A stretch of 64,000 nt of DNA from Candidatus Latescibacterota bacterium. GTDB taxonomy: Bacteria > Latescibacterota > CBDEFO01. The notes beneath the pieces were generated by a model. It ran no database searches, had not been told where the DNA came from, and saw only the letters and a program-made list of their open reading frames with translations. This document shows, one piece after another, positions 30,973-42,245 of this stretch; positions within the stretch are counted from its first letter, which is position 1, and each line of letters opens with the position of its first letter. The DNA lies in assembly GCA_965248755.1 (NCBI GenBank), contig OZ252149.1, positions 1,600,001 to 1,664,000 of the forward strand, read 5' to 3'. A program made the translations under genes and the position numbers.

Positions 30973-31319
30973 TTCAAATAAGGCGCTCCTGAAGTAGGAA
31001 TGAATTCAACAGATTTCAACGCCAACAACAGGTATCTGTCTTTGTTCTGTTGTAAAGATGGGAGCCGGGATAGTATATTATGGGGGGAACAAACAGAGAA
31101 GATGAACCCCGGACATTCTGAGTAATTGACCGGAGTCATCAACCTATGAAGAATCTTCCTGTCGAATCTCTTCAATCGCGGTAGCTCATTGCTTTCTTGC
31201 AAAGCGGGAAAACTTGACATCGAATGAAAAGTTGGCTACATTGATTCTATTAACTGACAAAGGTGCGACTACCTGTCAGGAGAAGAATTTAGACCTTAAA
31301 ACGAACGAGGGCTATACTA

Positions 31320-32371
31320 TGACCGAAATAGTGAGAAATGGGCTCCTAACTCCTGAAGAGCTTCAAAGTAAGATCGACAGATTACCGAGAGTCGAACTTG
31401 CGGCCCTGCCGACGCCTATCGAAGAATGTCCCCGGCTTGCTGAGGCGCTAAAGGTTTCCTCTATCTTTATGAAAAGAGACGATCTTACGGGTCTTGCCTT
31501 CGGCGGAAATAAGACTCGTCAGCTGGAGTATCTCTTTGGAGATGTGGTCCAAAAGGGATCTGACGTTGTCGTAACAGGAGCGGGCACACAGTCGAATTTT
31601 TGCCGTCAGACCGCTGCGGCCGCCAGGAAATTGGGTATAGACATCGTGTTGCATCTGATTCCGGGCGCAAAGGGTTCCGAACCCCAGGGCAATATGCTGA
31701 TATTCCACATATTGGGAGCCGAGATAAAGATCGTGGAGGGCGCCAGAGGCGTAGAAGACGCTTACATGCTTGAAGGGATCTTTAGGGATACAGCTGCAAA
31801 GTTGAAGGGTCAAGGCCGCAATCCATACGTTATGAATGTCGTTGGAGAGTCGACTGCTCTGGCTGCTGTGGGCTATGTTAATTGTGTTCTAGAACTTCAA
31901 AAGCAGATGCAAAAGGAAAACTTAAAGGTGGACTATCTTTTCTTGAGCTCCGCTAATGTGACACAGGCAGGATTAGAATTAGGGGCTAAGGCTATAGGGA
32001 TGGATGCGCATATCGTCGGGATTGCACCCATACGCTGGGAAGAAGAGAGATCTGTAGATATAGCTAATATAGCTAACAACACTGCCCAGCTTCTGCAAAT
32101 AGATATATCTTTGTCGCCTCACGAGATAACCAACTATGACGACTACGTGGGTGAAAGATACGGAGCTGTAACTCCTGAGTCATTGGAGGCTATAAGGCTC
32201 GTCGCCCGAACGGAAGGAATCCTTTTAGACCCCGTTTATACCGGCAAGGCTATGGCCGGACTTTCTGATTGCATCCAGAAGGGAAATATCCCTAATGATG
32301 CGACAGTCATGTTTCTCCACACAGGCGGAACGCCGGCTCTTTTCGCCTACGAGAGAGAGATAATGGTGTAG
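31320..32371 (+). CDS. D-cysteine desulfhydrase / ACC deaminase family PLP enzyme
   Basis: KRDDLTGLAFGGNKTRQLE, QSNFCR, EGILLDPVYTGK, FLHTGG; likely ATG 31320. Confidence 0.9.
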
Positions 32372-32380
32372 AGTAGACTT

Positions 32381-32690
32381 TTACTCAAGAGATACCTTTA
32401 CGTCTGATCCTTCAACAGTCACCTGGTACGTGGACACACACGCATCTGGCGATGTCTCCGAGATCCCTGTCTCTACATTGTAAGCCCACCCGTGCCAGGG
32501 ACAGGTGACTATGTTGCCCTCAAGTGTCCCCTCTCCCACGGGACCTCCCCTGTGCACGCACGTATTCCCTATTGCATAGAATGTCCCATTCGCTGTTAAA
32601 CAGAGCTATCTCCTCCCCATTTACCTCCACTACAGTCCCAGTGCCGGGTTGAACGTCATTCACTGCTGCTACCTTGACGAATTGGGGCAT
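32381..32690 (-). pseudogene. Rieske [2Fe-2S] ferredoxin with a single +1 frameshift (absent from ORF track)
   Basis: MPQFVKVAAVNDVQPG...IALFN, one extra nt, ANGTFYAIGNTCVHRGGPVGEG...VTCPWHGW; span 310 nt = 3n+1. Confidence 0.85.
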
Positions 32691-33024
32691 AGATAGACCC
32701 TCCCTGTAAGCTGTCTAATTTTGCCAAACCTTATCACGCGAAAAAGTCGGCGTTCTTTTGTATATAGGACTGCCATTCATCAGGTACGTCCGATTCCTCA
32801 AAGATTGCTTCTACTGGGCATTCCGGCTCACAAGCCCCGCAATCTATGCACTCATCAGGGTATATATAAAGCATATCCTCACCCTCATATATACAGTCGA
32901 CAGGGCATATCAACGCAGGCAGTGTCTTTGACGCCGATGCAGGGCTCAGCTATTATGTAGGTTATTCATTGACCCCCTCTGTTTCGGAATAATCTAAGGA
33001 ATCATCAAATTCAAACACCGGTAT

Positions 33025-34683
33025 TTAGCTGTTTTCAGATAAGCTTGAAACTCCTTTTGATCCTATCTTGTCGTACGACAACCCGTCATATCCCTTAACT
33101 TTTCTGGATATTTCGTCCATAGCCTCCCTGGGCGAATAGAACTCTAAGACAACACCAGCTTTGTCAGCCATATCACGTATAATCTCGATATCTACCTTTG
33201 CATTCCCCGGAGGCAGAATAGCCTGTCTTATCCTCTGAACATGTCCGTTGAAATTTGTGAAAGTTCCGTCTTTCTCCGCAAAAGACGCCCCAGATAGGAC
33301 CACATCTGCAGTTGAGGTCACATCCGACGACAATATGTCCTGAACAATCAGAAATTCGAGTTCCTTGAGTAGTTTGACTTGCTCTTCGTCTATGCTCAAC
33401 TCAGGCCCTCCGCCCAGGATATACATTCCCTTAACCTGCTTGTCTTTCACACTTTCCCAGATAATCTCCGGCTCCACAACCTCCATACCGGAGCCTTTCA
33501 ACATGTCCTCAGCTCCTCTTGAGTTTGCACTCTTTTGTGCCCTGATGGTAAATCCAGAGGCAAAAGACACATCTCCCTCATCGCTTGTCCTTCCGATTAC
33601 GGCTCCCTTTGCCACGTTCAACGACTGTAAGACCTTAGCGAGTCCGTAAATCTCCTCATTTGTGGCGTGTCCTTGGACAAGGCACACAAAGCTACTGCTG
33701 TCGTATTTCTCCACAATCGTCGAAACCCCTTTCACACAAGCAGAAATAGCGCTGCTCCAGCTCGTAATATCTGACTGTCCGTCTGTTTTTATCATAGGAG
33801 ATTTCAACCGTTTAGAATGCCCCACGTATCCGCATCCGTGTCTGCCGTCGTCGCACATCCAATAATCGTTGACCTTGGGGTTGTGCCTCGGCTTTATCCG
33901 GTAGATGCGTCCCTCCTGGGGATGCACGTCCAACGTGACGTTGCATCCAGTGCTGCATCCCGGGCAGATGCTCTCGTGCTCCCTTAGATACCACACTCTG
34001 GATTGAAACAGGAAATTCTTGTCTATCAGCGCTCCCACAGGGCAGATGTCAACTACATTTCCCGCCAGCCTGTTTTCCAACTGTACGCCCGGAAAGACAT
34101 CTATTTCGGAATTTACTCCCATGTCCACAAGCCCCAACTCCCCTGTACCAGCAATCTCATCGCAGAACCTTATACACCTCGTGCACAACACACACCTTTG
34201 AGGGTACAAAAGTATATTCGATCCGAGCTCTTTCTTGGGCTTTACCACCTTGGGCTCAACATATCTGCTCTCGCCGTGGCCGTGTTCAAAGCTGTAATCC
34301 TGAAGATCACATTCTCCCGCCTTGTCGCACACAGGACAGTCCAAAGGATGGTTGATCAGGAGAAACTCCAGGACGTCTTTCCTGACCTCCAGTACCTCTT
34401 CGGATTGAGTCTCCACAATCATACCATCAGCCGCACGCATATTGCAGGCAATCTGGAGTCCCTTCCTTCCGTTGATTTCCACTTGCACATAACACATTCT
34501 GCAATTCCCTGCTACAGAGAGCCCCGGATGATAACAGAAGTGAGGAATCTCGATGCCTAATTCTAACGCGGCATCTACCAGATTAAGCCCATCTTCGACT
34601 GTCGCTTCAATACCATTTATCACAAAAGTAACCATAACACCCCAATTCAAGTGGACAGTAGTCACGGCACAACTCCCTCGCAT
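33025..34683 (-). CDS. NuoG-like Fe-S subunit (short form)
   Basis: IPHFCYHPGL..GNCRMC, NHPLDCPVCD..GECDLQ, RCVLCTRCIRFC, CPGCSTGC...WMCDDGR. Confidence 0.88.
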   Translation of the reverse strand: MRGSCAVTTVHLNWGVMVTFVINGIEATVEDGLNLVDAALELGIEIPHFCYHPGLSVAGNCRMCYVQVEINGRKGLQIACNMRAADGMIVETQSEEVLEVRKDVLEFLLINHPLDCPVCDKAGECDLQDYSFEHGHGESRYVEPKVVKPKKELGSNILLYPQRCVLCTRCIRFCDEIAGTGELGLVDMGVNSEIDVFPGVQLENRLAGNVVDICPVGALIDKNFLFQSRVWYLREHESICPGCSTGCNVTLDVHPQEGRIYRIKPRHNPKVNDYWMCDDGRHGCGYVGHSKRLKSPMIKTDGQSDITSWSSAISACVKGVSTIVEKYDSSSFVCLVQGHATNEEIYGLAKVLQSLNVAKGAVIGRTSDEGDVSFASGFTIRAQKSANSRGAEDMLKGSGMEVVEPEIIWESVKDKQVKGMYILGGGPELSIDEEQVKLLKELEFLIVQDILSSDVTSTADVVLSGASFAEKDGTFTNFNGHVQRIRQAILPPGNAKVDIEIIRDMADKAGVVLEFYSPREAMDEISRKVKGYDGLSYDKIGSKGVSSLSENS

Positions 34684-34725
34684 CCCCGTATTCAGTTTAC
34701 TGTCTACTTGTTCAAAGGTCCAAAA

Positions 34726-35205
34726 TCAAGCTTTCTCAACTACGCTGTCGGTGTCCACCTTATTCTGAATCGCTATAATAGCGTCTATCAGATCCTCGGG
34801 ACGAGGGGGACACCCCGGTATATAGACATCTACAGGCATAAACTGATCCACTCCCTGAACCAGAGTGTAAGTGTCGAACACGCCGCCTGAAGAAGCGCAT
34901 GCGCCCATTGAAATTACCCACTTAGGTTCGGGCATCTGATCGTAGACCCTTTTCAGGATAGGCATCATCTTTAAGGATATCCGCCCCGATACAATCATAA
35001 GATCGGACTGACGAGGTGAAAACCTTATGGCCTCAGCCCCAAAACGCGCAAGATCGTACCTGGATGCCAAAGTAGCCATCATCTCTATGGCGCAGCATGC
35101 AGTCCCAAAGGGCATCGGCCACAGTGAATTCTTCCTTGCCCAATTTACTACTTTATCCACCCTTGAGAGAAACACCTTTTCCGCTAAATTAACCTCTAAT
35201 CCCAT
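34726..35205 (-). CDS. nuoB: NADH-quinone oxidoreductase subunit B
   Basis: [32 protein letters not shown]. Confidence 0.95.
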   Translation of the reverse strand: MGLEVNLAEKVFLSRVDKVVNWARKNSLWPMPFGTACCAIEMMATLASRYDLARFGAEAIRFSPRQSDLMIVSGRISLKMMPILKRVYDQMPEPKWVISMGACASSGGVFDTYTLVQGVDQFMPVDVYIPGCPPRPEDLIDAIIAIQNKVDTDSVVEKA

Positions 35206-35474
35206 AGGACGTCTCCTGGAATTTATGTGATATCAATCTCTGCCTTAGAGCCTTCTCGTAGGAGAATGAAAATATAGTTATAGGGAACAAAAAGTCAAAT
35301 ATATTTTCGGAATTTCTTATCCTAATTGGTAAGCGCAGTTACTCTTTATTCTACTCCTAATTTTTATATAGGCAACTCCTGCAAAAAAGTCAATAACTAT
35401 TCAGCACAAAAAAGACAAAAAGTTAACAATTTACTACCTTCTGCGTCTTGAATCTCCCACGAGTCAAATTCCGT

Positions 35475-35503
35475 TTGACATTTTGGGGGGACTTTACTAT
35501 TTT
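35475..35503 (+). promoter_or_regulatory. Sigma70-like promoter of the tRNA pair
   Basis: TTGACA-17 nt-TATTTT, 36 nt before tRNA-Pro. Confidence 0.6.
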
Positions 35504-35539
35504 TAGATATACTATCCACTAAAAGCTGGATTGAAACTG

Positions 35540-35616
35540 CGGGGTGTGGCGCAGTCCGGTAGCGCATCCGGTTTGGGTCCGGAAGGTCGGAGGTTCAAAT
35601 CCTCTCACCCCGACCA
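35540..35616 (+). tRNA. tRNA-Pro(TGG)
   Basis: 77-nt cloverleaf; anticodon arm TCCGG-TTTGGGT-CCGGA; GGTTCAAATCC; encoded CCA. Confidence 0.97.
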
Positions 35617-35654
35617 TGTTCCTCTGTCTACCATTTGCTTCCTAGCTAACACAG

Positions 35655-35731
35655 GCGCCCGTAGCTCAACTGGACAGAGCACAAGCCTTCTAAGCTTGGG
35701 GTTGCAGGTTCGAGTCCTGCCGGGCGTGCCA
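35655..35731 (+). tRNA. tRNA-Arg(TCT)
   Basis: 77-nt cloverleaf; anticodon arm CAAGC-CTTCTAA-GCTTG; GGTTCGAGTCC; encoded CCA. Confidence 0.97.
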
Positions 35732-36183
35732 GACTGATGTCTGGGAGCGTATCTCAGATTCAGATAGCGAAGGTAGCCCTATTTCGGGTGGACGCCCGTA
35801 TAGGGCTATTTTTATGCCCTCAGGGGCAAGGATGGCTTTGTGGAGGACAAGTCTTAAGAGTTCCTTTTGATGCACAGGCTGGATATTGTCAAAGACGTCG
35901 GTAAACTTGTTGAGGGCAAGCATCACCAATTCCTTATTGACGGATTCCTTCTCTATCTCGGAAATCATTTGTTCTAACCCATCCATACCTGCCTCAATCT
36001 CCATTCTTCTTTTGCCTAATTGATCCAGTTTATCTTTAAGGAAAAGACTGCTTTCTTCGCTTGCCAGGGAGGCCCATTTATTCATAATGCTATCAGCAAA
36101 GTTCTTAATCTCTGCAAGCTCTTTTTGAAAGAGAGTACGTCTCTCTTTTAATTGCGGGAGTTCCCTTTGGAGTTTGTCGTTAG
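35690..36183 (-). pseudogene. C-terminal coiled-coil remnant of a probable large serine recombinase, truncated by a MITE
   Basis: Coiled coil followed by QKELLRLVLHKAIL...IKIALY; reads antisense into tRNA-Arg (WHARQDSNLQPQA); catalytic domain absent, so family is inferred. Confidence 0.6.
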
Positions 36184-36603
36184 TGTACTGCCCCCCTGGA
36201 AAGCGACACCGATTAAGCAACTTGGGGTAGCAGATATTATTGTTTTCTCCATTCTTGCAGGGTCTTGTATCCCAGGGATGAATGAAGACGGTTCTTGTCG
36301 TAATTATCGATCCACTGAGATATGATCTTCTCAGCTTGCTCAAAGGATTCGAAGCTGTGAAGTCAAACACACTCTTGCTTGAGGGTCCTGAAAAAACGCT
36401 CTACAACACCGTTCCAATCGGCCTTTCCGCTCGGAACATATTCTTGACAAACCCCTAATATTCGGTACTTACCAAATAGGATCTAGAAAGAAAGATCGAA
36501 CCGTTGTCCAGCGCTAGCCGTCTTCTGCTCTGGCGCTGACATCTTGCCCTTCGCGAACCCTGATTTACAGAATATCTGTCGTTCTGTGAAGGGGAACGGT
36601 ATG
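36184..36603 (-). mobile_element. 420-bp non-autonomous IS3 derivative (MITE) copy A
   Basis: IS3-like ends; orfA start fused to the DNGSIF region of orfB; flanks TTAG and ATAT, no target duplication. Confidence 0.9.
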
Positions 36604-36665
36604 ATATGGCAACCACCCATCTTCGATTATCGCACCTATCTTCGATTATAAATAGCCTTCTTGTT

Positions 36666-37180
36666 TCAGTTATTACTACCTGCTAACAATTCCTTATTAA
36701 CATCCCAACCACTTCTCTGCAGTGCTTCTTCTTGTCCGGTAATACTATCCTTATGAACCGCAATGCAAAGGAGACGAGATGGACGTGACATCCCTACAAA
36801 AGCCATTTTTAGATTTTGAATTACTCTTTCTTTTGGCTTAGTATGCTCTCCCTTTATATAATTTATTATTCGCTTAATGTCATAGTCATAAAAGAAAGTT
36901 TCAAGGTAACATGTTGCCGTATGGGTTTCGCCTTTGACACCATGAATAGTTGAAACTTCTATGTCGATATCAGTTGTTCCAGAAGAATATTTGTAGATGT
37001 TATTGCTCGAATGGGTTTCTTCATCATCCGCTTCCAAATCTGATGAATTTATAAAGATTGTAAGTTCAACATTCACCTGATAATTAAAAAACTCCTTAAA
37101 TTCATTGGTTAGATAATGTTTTATTTCTTCAAAAACTTCTTCTTGCCTGTGTATCTTCAAACACCAATTGGCGAGCCTTA
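36666..37180 (-). pseudogene. UvrD/Rep (GajB-like) helicase, C-terminal piece
   Basis: VSTIHGVKGETH (motif V) and FVGMSRP (motif VI); AT-rich. Confidence 0.85.
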
Positions 37181-38446
37181 CATACCGCTCCCCTTGACAG
37201 AGCGACAAATATTTCGCAAATTGGGGTTTGAGAAGGGAGGTCAAGGTGTCGAGCCCCGAAGTGAAAGATGGTAAGCGCTGGACGGCGACCCGTAAGGGAG
37301 AGATTGTGTTGGCTCTTTTGAGAGGAGCAGATCTATCTGAGGTGTGTCGTAAGAATGGAATTAGCCAGTCGCAGGCGTATGCTTGGCGTGATAGTTTCTT
37401 AGAAGGGGGCCAGGAGAGTCTGAAGTCTCGGCGTGGTCGCAAGGATCCGAAGGAGCGAGAGGTTAGCCGGTTGGAGCGCAAGGTAGGGCAGTTGACGCTC
37501 CAGTTGGAGATACTCGAAGAGGTAGCCCGTCTAAAAAAAACGAAGCGGTTGCCTTGAGTGGGCGGTTTTTGGGTCGAGGCTATTCCCGCAAGGTGGTAGC
37601 TTTGGCTTTGGGTTTGCATCGTTCGACTCTGTATAGGTTTAGGGATAGAGGTGTCAGTTCTTCTGTTAAAGAGCCTGTGATAGATGAGGAGCTTGCTTTT
37701 CGTATTCGAGGGATACTGGACCAAGAAGAGGCATTTGGTCACAGGCGGGTTTGGGCGCATCTTCGTTTCAAGGAAGGGGAATGTGTCAACGTTAAGAAGG
37801 TTCATAGGATAATGAAGCTTAAGGGGTGGCAGTGTAAGCTGTGGAATCGTCCCGGGAGAAAGGGGCCACAGGTTGCCCAGAAGCGTTCTGTGGTGGATAG
37901 TCCCGACAGTTTGTGGTCGAGTGACTTGACAAAGATTTACTGTGGAAAAGATGGTTGGTGTCCTCTTATTGCGGTGGTGGACAACGGAAGCCGGGAGGTT
38001 CCTGGGTATCGTTTTAGTCGAAAAGGGAGGGCACTGGAGGCCACAGATGCCCTGGATCGGGCCGTGATCTCTCGATACACTTCCAAGGAGGCTGTCCCCC
38101 AGGGTCTCACTTTGCGCTCTGACAATGGTTCCATCTTTTTGGCTCGGGCCTATTTGGCCAGTACCGAATATTGGGGAATTCGTCAGGAATACATACCAAG
38201 TGGTAAACCCGATTGGAACGGTGTTGTAGAGCGTTTTTTCAGGACCCTCAAGCAAGAGTGTGTTTGGCTTCACAAGTTTGAATCCTTTGAACAGGCTGAG
38301 AAGATCATATCTCAGTGGATCGATAATTACAACAAGAACAGGCTTCATTCATCCCTGGGATATAAGACCCCAAAAGAGTGGAGAAAACAATTTTATCTAC
38401 TACCCCAGGTTGCTTAATTGGTGTCGCTTTCCTGGGAAGCAGTACA
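37181..38446 (+). mobile_element. IS3-family element copy 2
   Basis: orfA (likely GTG 37246-37557) and orfB 37554-38417 in the -1 frame; A8 run at 37533-37540; ends CATACCGCTCCCC...GGGAAGCAGTACA. Confidence 0.96.
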
Positions 38447-38462
38447 AAGAAGGCTATTTATA

Positions 38463-40088
38463 CCCCCATTCGCCATATTAGACCCGAAAAATGGTTGTCA
38501 AAGTCGCCAGAACATGTTATATTACAATAAATAAGACTCATAAATGGCGGATAAATATTGATCATCCAGAGGGTGAAAGAATGAAAGTAGGTTTTGATGG
38601 AGGAATAAAGCTTGAATTTCATGGTGCAAAGGTGACATCAAACGGTGGACTTCTTGCGTATCGTGACCTTGATTACGCACTGGGATTATTTGATTCGGTA
38701 TCAGCGGTTTTTACCGATAAACGCACAGGCCGTAATATCCAACATGATATATCTACTCTCCTGCGTCAATCGATATACAGCCGTCTTGCAGGATATGAAG
38801 ATGTAAATGACGCCGAGCGATTATCCGTTGATCCCGTCATGCGAGCGATTACCGGAAAGAAGGACAAAGGCAGGCAAGCTGCCAGCTCCAACACGATAGG
38901 ACGTTTTGAAACTGATATACTGACTCAGCATGACAATCTCAGAAACTTGTCAGATATCAATGGCAAGTGGGTTCAAAAAGCGATGAGTAAAACACAGCAT
39001 CAACGAATCATTCTGGACATGGACAGTTCGGAGAGTCCGGTACATGGCCAGCAGGAAGGATCAGCTTACAACGGTCATTTCGGATGTACCTGTTTTCATC
39101 CAGTGTTCTGCTTCAATCAGTTCGGGGATTGTGAAGGAGTCCTACTTCGCTCTGGTAATGTTCACAGTGCTGATCGTTGGAAGGAAGTTCTGGAACCGAT
39201 CGTCAAGAGATACGAGAGCAAGAAGAATAGGAAATACTTTCGAGGCGATGCTGCATTCGCAAAGCCTGAGATTTATGATTATCTGGAGGGAAACGGCTAT
39301 TTGTATGCCATTCGGCTTCCCGCAAATGAGATACTCTATGAAAAGATACGATACCTGCTGACTCGGCCAGTTGGACGACCGCCGAGGAAACCGATTGTAT
39401 CGTTATATGAATTTCAATATAAAGCGGCCAGTTGGGATCAATCGAGGCGAGTGGTCGCCAAGGTTGAATGGCACCAAGGGGAGTTATTCCCAAGAGTGGG
39501 ATTTATCGTGACCAACATGAGCGCCAAGCCAGAAGGCGTGGTACACTTCTACAATGGCCGTGGCAGAGCTGAGCAGTGGATTAAGGAGGGCAAGTATGCT
39601 CTGAACTGGACCCGACTCTCATGCAAGCGTTTCGTCTCCAATCAGGTGAGGCTCTGGCTGTTTGTTCTGGCTTACAACTTGGGCAACTTCCTGCGACGTT
39701 TTGTTCTTCCGAAGAAAATCAAACACTGGTCACTACGCAGCCTCCTCGTGAAATTTATCAAAATCGGAGCGAAGATTGTCAGACACAGCGGATATATTAC
39801 GTTTCAAATGGCTGAGGTTGGGATAGACAAGAGGTTATTTGCCGAAATATTATCCCGGATTGAACGATTGCGATGTTATTCTGTTTAAACTGCCACATTT
39901 TTTTGTGAGTCGATGGAGAGGTGTCTCTAATTGGAGGATTTAAACACAAAGAAAGTGATAATTCAGAGGAAAATACTATTTTAATTGAAAAAAGTACTTG
40001 TTGAAAAATGTAAAAGTGGTAATATTAATTCAGAAACAAGAATGTATCGAAATATAATCCCTCATGAATGTGATATGGGGAATGTCGG
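38463..40088 (+). mobile_element. IS1380-family element (transposase ORF 38491-39888)
   Basis: TSNGGLL, LDMDSS...HGQQEG..YNGHF, RGDAAF, YNGRGRAEQWIKEGK; IRs CCCCCATTCGCCATAT / ATATGGGGAATGTCGG; TTATA duplicated at 38458-38462 and 40089-40093. Confidence 0.95.
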
Positions 40089-40136
40089 TTATAATCGAAG
40101 ATAGGTGCGATAATCGAAGATGGGTGGTTGCCATAT

Positions 40137-40556
40137 CATACCGTTCCCCTTCACAGAACGACAGATATTCTGTAAATCGGGGTTCGCGAAGGGCAAGATG
40201 TCAGCGCCAGAGCAGAAGACGGCTAGCGCTGGACAACGGTTCGATCTTTCTTTCTAGATCCTATTTGGTAAGTACCGAATATTAGGGGTTTGTCAAGAAT
40301 ATGTTCCGAGCGGAAAGGCCGATTGGAACGGTGTTGTAGAGCGTTTTTTCAGGACCCTCAAGCAAGAGTGTGTTTGACTTCACAGCTTCGAATCCTTTGA
40401 GCAAGCTGAGAAGATCATATCTCAGTGGATCGATAATTACGACAAGAACCGTCTTCATTCATCCCTGGGATACAAGACCCTGCAAGAATGGAGAAAACAA
40501 TAATATCTGCTACCCCAAGTTGCTTAATCGGTGTCGCTTTCCAGGGGGGCAGTACA
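40137..40556 (+). mobile_element. 420-bp MITE copy B
   Basis: Reverse complement of copy A with one difference seen; followed by CTTA. Confidence 0.9.
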
Positions 40557-41380
40557 CTTACCCTAAAATCCTGGTAAAAATCCGAGTTTTTTTCTGATAT
40601 ATATTTATGCAGTTTTTTCTCTGTGAATGCCCTTCCATCGTCAGTTACTCCTGCAATTCTTAAGCACTTTAAGAAAGCTTCCCCTAACCTCTTCTTGTAA
40701 AAATTAACTCCATTAGATGAAATAAAACTATCAGATTGTGGAGCTAAATAACTTTTTAGATTACTAAATTCAGTTTTTTTAACTTTTATTTCTTTGGAGT
40801 AGCCGTCCCAATAACTTGGTATAGTTCTTTTTGTGTCATGCGGTTTTCCACGCCATCCAACTGCTTTAAATACCCTTTTCTCATTCTGATGTAGATTATT
40901 TCTGATAATTATTTCACCGAATTTATCTAATACCTGCTGAATAGTATAATCATCATAAACAATGATAACAGGAGTAATTTCATTTTGCCTGCCATTTCCC
41001 GTTATTGTCTGCCGGAAAACACAAAGTTTTTCAACCTTGCTTGCTATAGCGTTAGAAAATCTTTTACTACCTGTAATACACATAGTTCTGTCGTCAATTA
41101 CTGCCCAACCGCATTCCAAGTTAGGGTCATAGTCAAATATTGATTGATTTAAATCACCTATTTTTTGAATAACAACATTATCATTGAATATTTTATTCAT
41201 CAGTTCGGACTGTATTGTACTTGAATCCTGCATTTCATCTATGAAAACATAGGCAAATCTTTTTGCAAATACGTTTTTCAAATTAGGGTGCTTTTCAATG
41301 TGTCTTTCTGCTATATAATATGCATCATCATAGCTTAGTATTCCATCCAAAAGTATCCGTTCTTTTAGTCTTAGCAATCT
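40557..41380 (-). pseudogene. UvrD/Rep (GajB-like) helicase, central piece
   Basis: VFIDEMQD (Walker B), IGDLNQSIF (motif III), SKRF (motif IV). Confidence 0.88.
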
Positions 41381-41800
41381 TGTACTGCCCCCCTGGAAAG
41401 CGACACCGATTAAGCAACTTGGGGTAGCAGATATTATTGTTTTCTCCATTCTTGCAGGGTCTTGTATCCCAGGGATGAATGAAGACGGTTCTTGTCGTAA
41501 TTATCGATCCACTGAGATATGATCTTCTCAGCTTGCTCAAAGGATTCGAAGCTGTGAAGTCAAACACACTCTTGCTTGAGGGTCCTGAAAAAACGCTCTA
41601 CAACACCGTTCCAATCGGCCTTTCCGCTCGGAACATATTCTTGACAAACCCCTAATATTCGGTACTTACCAAATAGGATCTAGAAAGAAAGATCGAACCG
41701 TTGTCCAGCGCTAGCCGTCTTCTGCTCTGGCGCTGACATCTTGCCCTTCGCGAACCCCGATTTACAGAATATCTGTCGTTCTGTGAAGGGGAACGGTATG
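41381..41800 (-). mobile_element. 420-bp MITE copy C
   Basis: Same ends and internal deletion as copies A and B. Confidence 0.9.
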
Positions 41801-42245
41801 ATATGGCAACCACCCATCTTCGATTATCGCACCTATCTTCGATTATAAATAGCCTTCTTGTTTCAGTTATTACTACCTGCTAACAATTCCTTATTAACAT
41901 CCCAACCACTTCTCTGCAGTGCTTCTTCTTGTCCGGTAATACTATCCTTATGAACCGCAATGCAAAGGAGACGAGATGGACGTGACATCCCTACAAAAGC
42001 CATTTTTAGATTTTGAATTACTCTTTCTTTTGGCTTAGTATGCTCTCCCTTTATATAATTTATTATTCGCTTAATGTCATAGTCATAAAAGAAAGTTTCA
42101 AGGTAACATGTTGCCGTATGGGTTTCGCCTTTGACACCATGAATAGTTGAAACTTCTATGTCGATATCAGTTGTTCCAGAAGAATATTTGTAGATGTTAT
42201 TGCTCGAATGGGTTTCTTCATCATCCGCTTCCAAATCTGATGAAT
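41801..42245 (-). repeat. 445-bp duplicate of 36604-37048 (helicase 3' end)
   Basis: Same sequence by eye; bounded by a MITE left end and an IS3 right end. Confidence 0.92.

Noticed and set aside
35531..35737. 68-aa ORF over the tRNAs
   Set aside because: Spurious translation of the two tRNA genes.
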